From Diplonema japonicum (taxonomy: Eukaryota > Protista > Euglenozoa: Diplonemea), in assembly GCA_964019335.1 (NCBI GenBank), contig OZ025657.1:186001-250000 (forward strand): DNA of 64,000 bases. Direction: 5' to 3'. The position numbers and the translations under genes were made by a program. Shown here in pieces: positions 41,020 through 52,906 of the stretch. Numbering within the stretch: the stretch's first letter is position 1; each line of letters begins with the position of its first letter. The notes under the pieces were generated by a model. It did no database searches. It was not told the DNA's origin and worked only from the letters and a program-made list of their open reading frames with translations.

Positions 41020-41520
41020 CAGTTTGCGCCCCGGTCTAGCCCCTCCATCGAGCGTCTTCTGTCCTGTATGTGTTCCGCACGTCCCGACCTTAGCTTTTCT
41101 CGCACTACATGTGCGAATTTGTCCTTGTTCTCAGCTAGCATTTCGGTGAACTGCCCCCAGTTTGTGCTGATCTTCGGGAGCCACCGCTTCATCGCGTTGC
41201 CTATCGGGCCCAAAGGTGTCGTTCTTGTCGGGTCTTGGTACCCTTTGGCAAGTCTCTGGCACCGCTCCCACACCTCTCCCAATTTTCGTCTCGTTCTGTA
41301 AATGGCTGCTAGTGCTCTGTAGGGCGCTGCTACCTCTGTCGTGTGTGTGTCCGCTGAACAGGTTTGACAGCACCGCCGCTGGTGATCTTGTTCTGTACCT
41401 CGGCCCCCACAAGGCGTATGTCGCGGTTGATGTGAGCGATTTGAGGTATCCTTCCGACGGCGGCGCGAATGCGACATCATAAAAAAAAAAAAAAAAAACG
41501 AGGAGGCCAGAGTTGTGACG
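41020..41520 (-). mobile_element. Decayed internal fragment of a third related non-LTR element
   Basis: YDVAFAPPS...YALWGPRYRTRSPAAVLSNLFSGHTHD, then a frameshift, then GPIGNAMKRWLPKI; aligns to both longer elements. Confidence 0.85.
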
Positions 41521-43190
41521 ACACTTCCTTTTTTTTTTCTCCCTTCTTTTCACCCGACAAAATATTTATTCAAATGTGATAAGGTCAAAAATGATAACTT
41601 GTATTCTTTGTACTTAGTGCAGGTTTTTTACCTTTGCTTTTCTTTTCTTCTTCTTTTTTTTTTTCTTCCCCGCCCCTTACTCGAGCGAAAGAACCACTAA
41701 AAATACAAGTTTTACCATATTATTTTACCCCTTCTTTGTTTTTCAGAGACTATTTGTGCAAGTACCGTTCATAGAGTGCAGGTCTTGACGCATTGGGTTT
41801 TACCTGTTCGTTGTAAAAAGAAGAGGAAAAAAAAATTGAGTTTTTGCAAGGTGGACGTATCCCGGTTATAACCGGTCAACGTGCAACGGGAGAAGGAAAA
41901 AAAAAAGAAACGAGAAAAAAGTTGTTACTATTGACGCGGCCCCTGACTGGTGGCATTGCCTGTTTTCCAGTGTTCGATGGTCACAAAAAAAAAAGGAGAG
42001 AAAGGGCAATTCACTAACACTTAGTAACCAATAATGGGTTTTTGGGGGTTCTATGGGGCCCGCCTTTCCTTGTAGAGGTGCAATGCTGCCTGGGATTGTC
42101 CTTTCTGGAAGTAAGAAGGGTCCTTCCATTTTGCGTCCTGCTTCTCTCTGAATCTGTGGGAAGTGGACCCAAAGAACGGTTTTCTTTTGGGAATATTAGT
42201 GAATTGCCCCCCCCCCCCCCCCCAAAAAAAAAAGAGAAGAAGTAAGTGTTGACTACGGAAAGTCAAGATTATTCCCCCCCTTTCAGCGTCACTCAACTTA
42301 ACAAAAACCATAAGATTAGCGTTCTTTTTTTTCTTTCTTTTTTTTTTTCTCATTTTCTCTTTTTTTTTCCCCTCTGCCATGTGTAATTTTTTTCTTTCCT
42401 TCATAATTTCACTGTCGGTTGGTCATTTTCTTGACTATTCTTGGTTATGCTAGGAACGGCATTGAGCTTTACTTCAGTGTCAAACTGACTAGAAAGTGAA
42501 AATAAAATGAACTCTAGCGCAAAAAAAACCGCAAAAACTCGAGTTGCATTATTGACTCATTATGCTTTTTTTGTGGGTTGTTTTTCATTCCTCTGCATGC
42601 ATTTTTAGAAGAAAAAAACAAATAGGAAAAAGAAACTCTTTACTCAGTGCCCCTGGCAAAAAAGTTTCGGCTGATGGGAGTGACGTGCTCGTAACGCACC
42701 ACCAGGGGGAAAGAAAGAGGAAAAAAACAATGAAAGAAAAGAAGTAGAAAAGCTGGCTACTTCAGCTTTGTGCAAATCTGTTCTGTAGCCAGTAGTCATC
42801 TGAACATGACTCCTTTTCTTGTTGTTCATTTTCCTCTTGGTCGTAGAATAATTCTTTTTTGCTTTTTCTTTTTTGTTTTGTTTTGTGTTTTTTTTCGGGG
42901 GGGGCATTTGACCTGACTTCAGATAGAAAAAAAAGAGAGGTAATATTTGTTTTTTTCCCCTTAACCACTAAACCCACATGTCATATAAAAATGACATAAA
43001 AAAAAAAGAAAGAAAAAGCCTAGACCTTTTGGTCAAATTGCGACCTGCCATTCTCTTGGCACCATTTCGCGATTTTTTTCACTTTGTTTGGCTAAATGCT
43101 GCCCCTATTCAGCATTATTTTAAGAATTTAAACGGTCTAAAGTGACAATGAGGAATACTCCTACTGTCAGTACCCAAACACAACGGTTGG

Positions 43191-45986
43191 TTAATCCGAG
43201 TCAACGCTCCAAGTGGAGTGCACCTCGTATATTGCAACCGGTTTTTCCTGAATATCATACCACTCAGCAACCTTAGTGGTCGAACAGGTAGCTATAGACT
43301 TGACATTGCTGTTGTACAGGTCTGCAAAGAGGTTGCTGGCATCGTATTCTACAGTAGATCGTGCCAGTCTTGCTGCTATATCTACGCAGTCCCCGATGAC
43401 GTTCATGAAGCGGCGTGAAGATGTTCCCACATTGCCTGTCAAGGCGTTGCCACAGCACAGCCCCGCACGGTACCCTTCCACACCTATTCCAGTCCCACTG
43501 TCTTGCAGAAGGATCAAGAATCTCATCCCGTTTTCAACATGCGCTGCGCATTTTCTTGTCGTGTTCCACCCCACGAACAAAGTCAGCCCTGTCACTGATA
43601 CCACTGTGCCTTGTGTCCTCTCCAAGTTCGTCATCAAAGTGCTCATTGCCTCTCCTATCGCTACATGGGGCTCGTTATGTGCCGTTAGTTTTGTCACAAA
43701 CCTTGTCTCCACGCTCCCTACGGTCACTGCTTCCTTCAGTTTCAGCTGTTCCTTTGGGATCTCCGTTCTCTTCTCGTGCCGGGAGGAGTTCGAGTATGTC
43801 GCGCTGGAGCGCCTACGTGGAGCCTTATCCGCCTTCATGTTCGTCAGAATGCCCGCCTTCCTGCCTAGCAGTTTCTGTGGCAGCAGCATTACGATGTTTG
43901 TCGTCGTTGCGACGCCCTTGAGCTGCTTCTCGCCCAACTGGATCACGAGCGGCGACCCGAGGTTTGCCAACGTTGTTGGTGCCGGCATGTTGATGTACGT
44001 GGAATCTCTGTTGTTCTGCATTCCGTTTTCCTCTGTTAGGATTTGTAGCATGTCCTGTGTCAACACCACAGCGCCCGCGGTGCCTGCCGCTTCGAGACGT
44101 GCAGCCAGATTGACGGTCGACCCGAAGTAATCACTGCGTCCTGTCAGCTCGTTCACATTGACGTCGACCTCACCGTACTGCACCCCGACACGCACGCGGA
44201 TCCCGTTCAGCGCCCCCTCTTCGTCCTTGCAGCACCATGGGACGTTCAACAGAGTACTGGGCCATGTTGCCTGGTACAGCTCCACTTGCACCATGAGCCC
44301 AAAATTGCACGCATCAACCAAGGAATCGAAAGCCACCATGAAGGCATCTCCGATGGTTTTCACCTCGTACCCCCGGTGCTCTTTCAGACATTTCCGGATC
44401 ACCTCGTTGTGGATGCGTAGAGCTTTCTTCATCCCCTCCGGGCACGCCTCCCATGTTGCAGTCGACGACACGATATCTGTGAAAACCAAGGCAGCTCGGT
44501 TGCTTGTACCCGGAGGGTGAATCATCTCAGTAGTAGTCTCGAGTGCTGGCTCGACGAGACTCATGTACAGGCTCTCAGGGAGATACGGCCTGTAGGTCTT
44601 CAAAATGTGGAGAATTGTCTGAAAAGACTTCTGCACAGGCGTGGGCTCAGGGATGTCCAGCAAGTAGTCCAGCTCGTCAAGTTCCATCCGTGCCACCTGC
44701 TCTGCCAGATCTCCTGCGATCTTCCCTGTGTTGTACATTTTCCTGAACGCTCGCGTCTGCGCTGTTGTCTTCCAAATAATAATGGATCCAATGATCAGGA
44801 GCAACACCCCACCGATTGCAGCCCCTAAGATGATAGGCAGCATGTCCTGCGGCACAGTATCTGCAACTTCGCATGACACACCGGACGAGGCCTCGCACAG
44901 GCAGTTCCCGTTGACGCAAGCCCCCCTGCCGGTGCAGTTCGCAGGACACTCGCGATATGAGAAAATGCGCATGTCGCTGCTGAATTCTGGGTTCTCCCCA
45001 CCACCAAGGTAGCCGCCGAGCACGATTACGTAGCCCTTGTACGCGATGGCTTTGAATTCCGACAGCTTCGGGATCCACGCATCGTCGGTGCGATTGACGC
45101 CTAGCCAGTGAGGCTCGCTGTTAGAAAGGTTCAACATCAAGATGCCATTGATGGGCGCATGGTTGCCCTTCCCTCCGGCATCCCCGATCGCGAAGAGCAT
45201 GTTGCTGCCGGCATCGACGATATGATGCTCCTCCCCAGCGAGGCCGTCGTTGATCGCAAGGTGCCATGTCCTGGAGGGGTCTGAAGTGTTGAGAGCCCAT
45301 GTGGCTGCAGGGAGGAAGTCGCCAGCAGGGATAGACCCGCCTACCATGTAAGCGGTGTCACCCACACCAACACCGCCTGGGTCCTCGATGGCAAGCTGGG
45401 GTGTGACCTGAGGTGGGAACCAAGTATTCGAATCTTTGTCGTACATGTACCAATCACCAGAGCCACCGTCGAGGGTTCCTGCTGTGACAATGCTGCGCGT
45501 GGTGCTTATAGCTACCATGTCCGTGTCAGTGATCTCGGGGTTGTAGGCGTTGGGGTCCGCGGGGTAGGCAGGGGCAAGAGTCCACTCGGAAGCGGCAATG
45601 TCGAAAATCCATAGATTTTGCTGCTTTTTACCACCTATAAGGTAGACACGGTTGCGGGGTTCGTCACACAAGAGGTGGTGCTTCTTGACCGCTCCTGGGT
45701 TTAGGGTCGCGTTGCTCAGGGTAATAGTTTCCCACTCCAGAGTCTCTAGGTCCAGTCTGTGGAAACCACTGGACACTGTCTTGGTAGCTATGTCAGTACC
45801 TCCTTGCATATACATTTTGCTACCCAACACGCACACACCAGGGTTCGCTTTTGCCCCCAATGTTCCAAACACGTCTTTCACCAACCCCCATTGCACTCCT
45901 CGCGAGATCGAGTTGTCGATCTTCCCCCCCTCCACACACACCACTGCCAAATAGCACACTGCAAACAGCCCTCGCATTTTTTCCAT
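43191..45986 (-). CDS. Receptor-type adenylate cyclase: signal peptide, Kelch propeller, EGF-like, TM, class III cyclase plus degenerate second cyclase domain
   Basis: FTDIVSST, GYEVKTIGDAFM, RVRVG, DYFGSTVNLAARLE; Kelch GG motifs; CPANCTGRGACVNGNCLC. Confidence 0.93.
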   Translation of the reverse strand: MEKMRGLFAVCYLAVVCVEGGKIDNSISRGVQWGLVKDVFGTLGAKANPGVCVLGSKMYMQGGTDIATKTVSSGFHRLDLETLEWETITLSNATLNPGAVKKHHLLCDEPRNRVYLIGGKKQQNLWIFDIAASEWTLAPAYPADPNAYNPEITDTDMVAISTTRSIVTAGTLDGGSGDWYMYDKDSNTWFPPQVTPQLAIEDPGGVGVGDTAYMVGGSIPAGDFLPAATWALNTSDPSRTWHLAINDGLAGEEHHIVDAGSNMLFAIGDAGGKGNHAPINGILMLNLSNSEPHWLGVNRTDDAWIPKLSEFKAIAYKGYVIVLGGYLGGGENPEFSSDMRIFSYRECPANCTGRGACVNGNCLCEASSGVSCEVADTVPQDMLPIILGAAIGGVLLLIIGSIIIWKTTAQTRAFRKMYNTGKIAGDLAEQVARMELDELDYLLDIPEPTPVQKSFQTILHILKTYRPYLPESLYMSLVEPALETTTEMIHPPGTSNRAALVFTDIVSSTATWEACPEGMKKALRIHNEVIRKCLKEHRGYEVKTIGDAFMVAFDSLVDACNFGLMVQVELYQATWPSTLLNVPWCCKDEEGALNGIRVRVGVQYGEVDVNVNELTGRSDYFGSTVNLAARLEAAGTAGAVVLTQDMLQILTEENGMQNNRDSTYINMPAPTTLANLGSPLVIQLGEKQLKGVATTTNIVMLLPQKLLGRKAGILTNMKADKAPRRRSSATYSNSSRHEKRTEIPKEQLKLKEAVTVGSVETRFVTKLTAHNEPHVAIGEAMSTLMTNLERTQGTVVSVTGLTLFVGWNTTRKCAAHVENGMRFLILLQDSGTGIGVEGYRAGLCCGNALTGNVGTSSRRFMNVIGDCVDIAARLARSTVEYDASNLFADLYNSNVKSIATCSTTKVAEWYDIQEKPVAIYEVHSTWSVDSD

Positions 45987-46187
45987 GCGCCCCTCCGTTT
46001 GTTTGTTTGCCTACAATTCTTTCGTAATTCTGTTACATTACAAAAAGAAAAAAATAACTATACTTCTAAAATAAATTCTATTCAAAAAAAAGAAAATAAA
46101 ACATCTAAATTAGATCTATGGGGGCCAAACAAATCTAAAGATTCTTCATGGAGATTCTGAACAGCTCAATTAATAAGCTTTTTTTGA

Positions 46188-49100
46188 TCAAGGAATGGGT
46201 GGTTGGTCGAAAGTAGAGGCAGATTCGGCGGGGGAGTAATAGGTGTCTTGCTCCATCCCGCAGTAACCGCAAAATCTGTGGAGATTTACCCCCCCCCATT
46301 TATTTTTTTCCAATTCGCACATACCTTCCCCCTTCCCAAATGTTCCCACAAGTTGTGCAGAGGGGTGACGCTGATCTCTGTGTTGGTGTGAAATCATGTG
46401 TTCATCCTCATACCTGATAGCTCCTGGGGGGCAAGGGGTTCCGTCTGGGTGTTGAGATGTCGGAGGCGGGGACCATCCACGTTCGGGCCACACCAGTGGT
46501 GGGCGTGTACGTTGTGTGGCTCTCGATCTCGTTGTGGTTAGGGGAACACGACGACATCCAGTCGCGCCGCCTGGCCCTTGTGCTCGTAGACCCTCGCGAT
46601 ACAACCGCGGAGGGACGAGAGGGATGCACGGAGTAACCCCCCGACTCCACAGGACTATCCATTTCACCCTCGTCGCCCTCTTCCTCTTCATCGCTCCATG
46701 TTATCGTCGCCACCTGCGTAACACGACCCGAGCCAGTCCGCGACTCCGCTAACATGCAGTGGTTGCATTTGCACTCTCCAGTGCTGCACTTGCACGCCTC
46801 CACGGGTTTGCCACATGGCCCCGAAGGACGCTCCTCCCCCTGCGGTGCTTCCTCACCAATACTATCGAATTCCTTCTCTTGCTCCGTACCAGATTGTTCT
46901 TTGTTGCGCTTCACCCAGAAGACAAGCAATATTCCTAGCAAAACCACTACCACAGCAGCACCCACTGCAAGGAAGATGATCAAATAGTTCGTCGATGACG
47001 ATGATGACGGTGTCTCAGTGCCAGGAACTGTCGTCACAGGTGTGGAGGTGGGCACTGCGGTGGCAATGCTGAGAGGCGTCCATTGTGAACCCAATGCGGT
47101 GAAATATGGGTTGCCTGCTTGTTTCGTGGCCACCAGCTCATCATAAACCGAAGTGTCATTTGGAAGAGTAAACGAAACATGAGTGGACCCAGGCCACACA
47201 GACACCACTCGCACTGCCTCAGGTGGCACCAGTACCGATGCTGACACCGCTGCTGCGAACACATTTGCGTCGAAGTTGTTCATCTCCATCGCGAAGGACA
47301 GAGTCTCCTTCGCACCGGCACCCATGTCTTGGTAGCAGTCGCCGTGCACCCCTTCTGTCTTCTTGTAGCACTCGACATATTTATTTCCACACTCGACAGG
47401 TGTGTTCGTCTTCATGCAGTCGAGCAGCCCGCCAAGGTAACACGTGTTTCGAATCATATTAGCCATGGAATCAGGTTGCAAACACTCCACTGCTGGTGTG
47501 GGGGTGTCTGGTGCAGGGGTATCGGGTGCCGGAGTATCGGGAGCTTGTGTGGGCTCTGCAGTATCGGGGGCAGGGGTGTCGGGGGGGTTTGTATCGGGCG
47601 CAGGCGTGACGATGCCAACAGTGATGACTACAGCTTGCTCATAGAAGGTAGACTGCGACTGAAGGGCCATGCACAACTTAAGAACGGTCCCCCTTGGCTC
47701 CGCTGGAACGGGCACTTTCACCGTGTTGCTAGTTGCGACGACGGCATCCTGTACAATAGCTGCGGGGCAAGGAGTGGAAGATGATCGGAAAACATGCAGT
47801 GTGCCTGGGCTGCTTGTTGATGCCGCCAGCAAAGTACCTGTAACATCAATGAGCGTACCAGCATTTGCACGCCTCTGGAACGCGTTCACCTGCGGCATGT
47901 TCCTTATCTCAAGGGACCACCCTTCGATCTCCTCGAGTGCCGTGATGTTTTTGGTCGTGCCAGTGGGGCTTATGGCCACGCAGAGAGGAACGTTGGCCTC
48001 ACCCAGACTGGCAACCTGCGGAGGCACTGTGGTGGAGTAGTTCCCCGGTGTGCCTGCTACACGTGAGGGAGGCATCGTACGGTCGCATCCGACCCACAAC
48101 CCCGTGTCCTCTTGAAGATTGCTGCCCACCACGGAAACTTCAGTGCCACCAGAAAGCAAGGTCATCAGCGGCGTTGTGGGGGTAGAGGAGAGCACGGTGG
48201 GCATCCCCGCAACCTGCACGGTGACTGGCATCTGCATGCCCTGCTCACTTGGATTATTCTGCGTTAGCCAGCAAAGTCCCACCAAACCGTTCAAAGGAGG
48301 GTCCTCCAAGAAGGTCGAAGGGAGGTTCACGTACGCCGATGTACGCGACAAGATGTTCAAGGGCACCACTGCTGTTCTACCTTGTGGGTTGCAATCTGCC
48401 GCCCCACTTTGGAGACTAATATACAATGGCGGCACGAGGTTCACACCCTGCAGCGCTACTTCCACTCGTCCCTCAAGCATGTCGGACACGGATTTCCGCT
48501 GCACCACGCTGTTGAAGACGGGCTTTTGTTGCAACACAGCAACAACACCTAAATCTCCTCCTTCAGACCATTTGGGCCTTTCTACACCCGCGTCTTGCGG
48601 TGCCCAACACAACCTCACTTCTTCAGGATACCCTCCCTCAAAGTCAATTTGTAGAAGGTATGAACTGCCGCCGCCCAACAGGACACCACCACTTGTCACA
48701 TCAGAGCACTGAGCAGTGCCTGGCATGTCCTTGAAGTACACGGCAGGACTCAGGTTGTCACCCGCAAGCGAGAGTGATATCTGACCGCTGCCGAGAGCTG
48801 CAAGGGGGATGTTGACCTTTTCCGATGTGAGCACAGGTGTGCCAGCCCATGAAACCTTGATGTTTGTCGGGAAGGATGTGCTTGCAGTCGTTGGACTCGA
48901 CACTGTATAGGTGAGGCAGACTTGCTTGACAACATTTGAGTCAGGGCGTGTAGGGACAAAGGTGCCCACAGCAGAAACAGAGTACCATGCGCCGTCGCAC
49001 AGTGAAGCCCATGTGTTAGCGGGAAGTGGGGCATCGGCAACGCTTGGGGTTATCTTCACAGCAGTCTGCAACATGGGGTAAACTTCAGTTACCTCAGCAG

Positions 49101-52100
49101 TTACGAAGGGCGACGGGAATATTACTCTCACCGATGAAGCAATAAACCCAGACTCCGGCGCACTCCCCGCCGTTGCTACCCAGCACATTGTAGCACCTAC
49201 TGAAGGATCAACAGTAGGTGACTGCGCACCAGGCACCACCAGCATGGAGTTTTCCAAAAGCGTTGGTGCCGTGCAAGCAGAACAGTCAGCTCTGCACAAG
49301 GCCGTCCATATATCACCTTGGTTAAGGTTTGCTCCCTGCAGTGTTGCTTTGAATTGGACCTGAGAGTCCCACAGCTGAGCGAGAGTGAGTGAGAGCGTTG
49401 CGAAATCAAACACAGGCGGTTCTGACAGCGTAAGGGATATCGTGGTGTCAGCATTGACATCTGAAGTGAGAGATGTCGTGTAGCACAGCTTGATGTTTTT
49501 GTCTTGCGAGAATATAGTAGTCTCAGGGGACAAAGAGAGTGTTGTCATAACACCACTCTTGTCACCGCTCAGTGCGATGGTATCCGCACCTGTGGCGTTG
49601 CACGACTTGGCCGTGGGCTGGAACCACACCCAGACACCTTCTCCAATGTTGGTGCCGGTAATGTTCAGGTCAAAACCCACATTCCACTCCCCCACCGAGA
49701 TGTCGTGCTGTTTCTGGTGGAAGCTCGGTGGTGTCAGTGTCTGTATCCTGTACCCCGAGAACACACCATTGTCGGGCACCACAGATGGCTCCATCAAGCT
49801 TGTTACCCACACCACAAGATACGTCGTTCCCTCCACAGCTAGCGGTGGTGCCGTGACCGTCGCAGCACTGCACCACCCCGACCCGACCTCCGTGCACGCT
49901 ATGCGCACAGCCAGGCAGCTGGCACCAGCCAAGTCGCCCACTGACCTGTCACCTGCAATGAATGCACCCCACAAGACGCCCTCCTGCAGGTACGATCCAC
50001 GCACGTTGAGCAGCAATCCGCCGTCCTTCGCCTCTTGCGAGGTGAGTAAGTACTCCTTCGCTGCAGAGTCGATCGTAGGTGCGGGAAGGGCTTTGAAAGA
50101 GATGTCTGTAGCGTTCCACGAGGAAGGCTCGGTAACGAAAGATGCATAGCACAGGTGCACGCTTGTCGGTTGGCCCGACGAGGAGTCGGCTAAATCAAAT
50201 ATTTGCGCAGACGTGAAATGCAGCTGCTCGCCGGTCGTCGCCGGCATCGTGAGGGCATTGCCTTCGATCTGCGAACAGCTACTGTCGAACGAAAATGCAA
50301 CCCACAAATGCCTTGTCGCGAAGTTTGCACCAGTCACAATAATGGTCTCCGTAGAAAGCTTTTGCGAGTACGGGATGATCCTCACAGGCCCAGGGGTGAA
50401 CTCTGGTGCATGCATGATCTGCATCCTGATGTTCGTTGAGAATGCGGCAGACCAGTCACCTGATGAGGCAGGCTTGAGGAGGCTGGCTACCACGCACACT
50501 GTGATGGAACCTGCCAACCCTGACGGCATGACAGCCGTCCCGTTGATAGGCGACACAGAGGAGAACACACCAACAATACCTGTGGGTGCGTCGCACGCCT
50601 CACCGCTAGGAACGTAGACAAGGTACAACATTGGGTCAGAACTACCGCTGGTCTCGAGGTTCCTAGCCACAATGTCAATTTCAATATTGCCGTCACCCTC
50701 CGCACGCGAGAAGCTCTTTTCGACCAAAACGTTGCTAAATTCAGGTGCCGGAGTCACAAGGACAGTGACCCCTGTGGTGCTGTACTTGTCACTCATCAAC
50801 ATGCAGGCATAAAGCACTTTCCCAACAGGCGTCACCGCCCCCAAGGAAAACGTGCATGAATTAGCTGCGCAGCCCGTCATGAGGATCGCATCCGCTGCAG
50901 GAGTTCCAGAGCACCCGCCCTGATAGAACAGCACCACGCTCCAGCCTTTCTGGTCCATATTCGACCCGGTGACAGTGAGGACTTTGACCGATGTGTGGGA
51001 CTGCGCATATGTGATTGAAAAGGCAAAGGGATCTATGGTGGGTGCAGGGATGGCGGTGATGGAGGCGGCTGTGGGAGTGAAAGCAGAAGCAAGCGGCGAG
51101 AGGATCGACGTAGCGACACACAGCGTACGTGTGTTCCCGTCAGCAGGAAGGCCAACCGGCGACACAAACCAAGCTTCAGTGTTTTCCATCCCTGAAGGGT
51201 GCAAACGAGATGACGGCGTAGCTGCTGCACCACTGCAGTCTTGCGAGTTAAAGGGCGCCACCCACAAGTCATCCGTGAGGTGGGTCCCTGTGATGTTAAC
51301 ATCTGTGCCCAGGAGGCCAACTTGTATACCCAGATTGGCATTGTCGAGAAGGGGGAGACCGGCAACGCGAACGGCAACATTTGTAACAGTAAAGACACCA
51401 CTGTGCCCCCAGCAAAGTACATATTCCGTGGCGGGGGACAAGGCGATATTGATCGCCCACACGGCGGATGTACTGGTGGATGCAGAGGGTGCTGTTCCGG
51501 TGGTCGTGGTGGAGCAGTCGGTCGTTGAAAGTGCGAATTGCATGTCGACATCAAGGTTGGTGCCCTGCATGGTGAGCTGCACCCCCGTGACCGTCTGCAC
51601 TGAAGCAACTGACACCTTGTGTGTAACAGGTGTGAAGAGAACCCGCTTTTTCGTGCAAAGAAACGCCAACTGATTAGCACAGGGGTAAGGGTTGAGTTTC
51701 AAGTCGGTCCCAGAGTGTGAGAGAAAAGCACAACCCGAAGTAGGAGGTGAAGCGACTGCCCAAAGAGAGTCCGGGATGATGGTGGCGGCGGTGCCGTCCC
51801 AAGTCCAACCGATCCCCTCTGTGTAAGAAGCGTTGACCCATACATCTCTCGATGTTAGTTGGTTGCTGTTTGCAACAAAATTACTGTAGCTCGCAAGCTC
51901 ACCACCATCCCTCCCACACTCCTCTCGCGCGCCTTCAATGTTCATGTCATCGTAGTACACCCTCCAACACCGCTCGCTCCCCTCTGCAAGGTACATCGGA
52001 AAGTCTAATTCCGCACACTTACTCACGCAGGGACACCCCTCCAGCCCATACACAACGGGTAAAAAACAACATGCCGCTAGTAGTATCTTTGGATGTGTGC

Positions 52101-52107
52101 TTTTCAT
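46188..52107 (-). CDS. Large type I surface protein: C-type lectin, IPT/TIG-like repeats, TPAPD linker, TM, cytoplasmic zinc ribbon; exons 52107-46414, 46377-46325, 46275-46188
   Basis: Signal peptide; AREECGRDGGELAS..VWV...WTWDG...C...FLC; recurring L/V-x-G-x-N-L repeats; one TM. Splicing creates CTTCGNIWEGGRFCGYCG. Confidence 0.85.
46276..46324 (-). other. Spliceosomal intron, 49 nt
   Basis: AG|GTATGT...GTAAATCTCCACAG; joins the two CxxCG halves. Confidence 0.82.
46378..46413 (-). other. Spliceosomal intron, 36 nt
   Basis: CAG|GTATGA...TTTCACACCAACACAG. Confidence 0.8.
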
Positions 52108-52346
52108 CTCATCCTTTTTTCCCTCCTCCTGCCTCACCCGTTTGTTCTCACCTGTTTGATCGTTGCTTGAGGGTGTCTTTTTAAGGGGGGAGAATACATA
52201 GAAACACTATGGGTAGTAAAAGGTGATGTTGGGAAGGCTGATGAATCTGATCTGTTTCTTTTAGAACGGAAAAAAAGGAAGAAAAGGAAGAAAAAAAAAA
52301 AAAAAGGTGTGGGAAGGTGAACAACTGATAAAAACTGCTTGATGCT

Positions 52347-52874
52347 CTAGATGAGCTGTTCTTCTTTCCGGACGAACTCACCGATGTCTGCTTCATGGAA
52401 GAGGACAATCTGACCGGACTCAAGCTTTCTGCATTCAAGGGTGGAACGGGCGGTGACACCGAACCCGAGGGGCACATCAGCCATATTAAGGACAACAACT
52501 CCCTGGTGGCGCATTGTGGACTCTGTGATTCGGCCAAGGCCAGCACGCGACACGTTGTTGCCATACAAGAAGGCCTGCTCCTGGTTGGGCTTCACCCAGA
52601 ATTTGTTCTGTGTGGGTTAAATTGTGAATCTTTTCATAGGTATACCTGAGCATATTGCGCCAAGTAGTCCAAACAAGTCACCCCAAGCTTAAAATTCCCC
52701 CCGTGAGTGAATCTCCCAAACGCCACTCCCGCCCCCATCAAGTTATCTTGCGCAATGTTCCCCGCCAGCTTCGCCGTCGTTGCCTTTAAGTACCAAACCT
52801 TCTTCTTGTGCAGTCTAAACACCCACTCTTCATCTTTTCGGTCAATCAGAAATTTTGTATTCACCCCGATGCTG

Positions 52875-52906
<32 letters not shown>

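Noticed and set aside
41520-43190. Coding-like scraps and small hairpins in the long intergenic region
   Set aside because: Fragments are too short and eroded to assign; probably old TE debris.
46408-46410. Alternative genetic code or stop read-through suggested by ORFs ending mid-domain
   Set aside because: Each case is explained by a canonical intron; TAA, TAG and TGA all terminate complete genes here.
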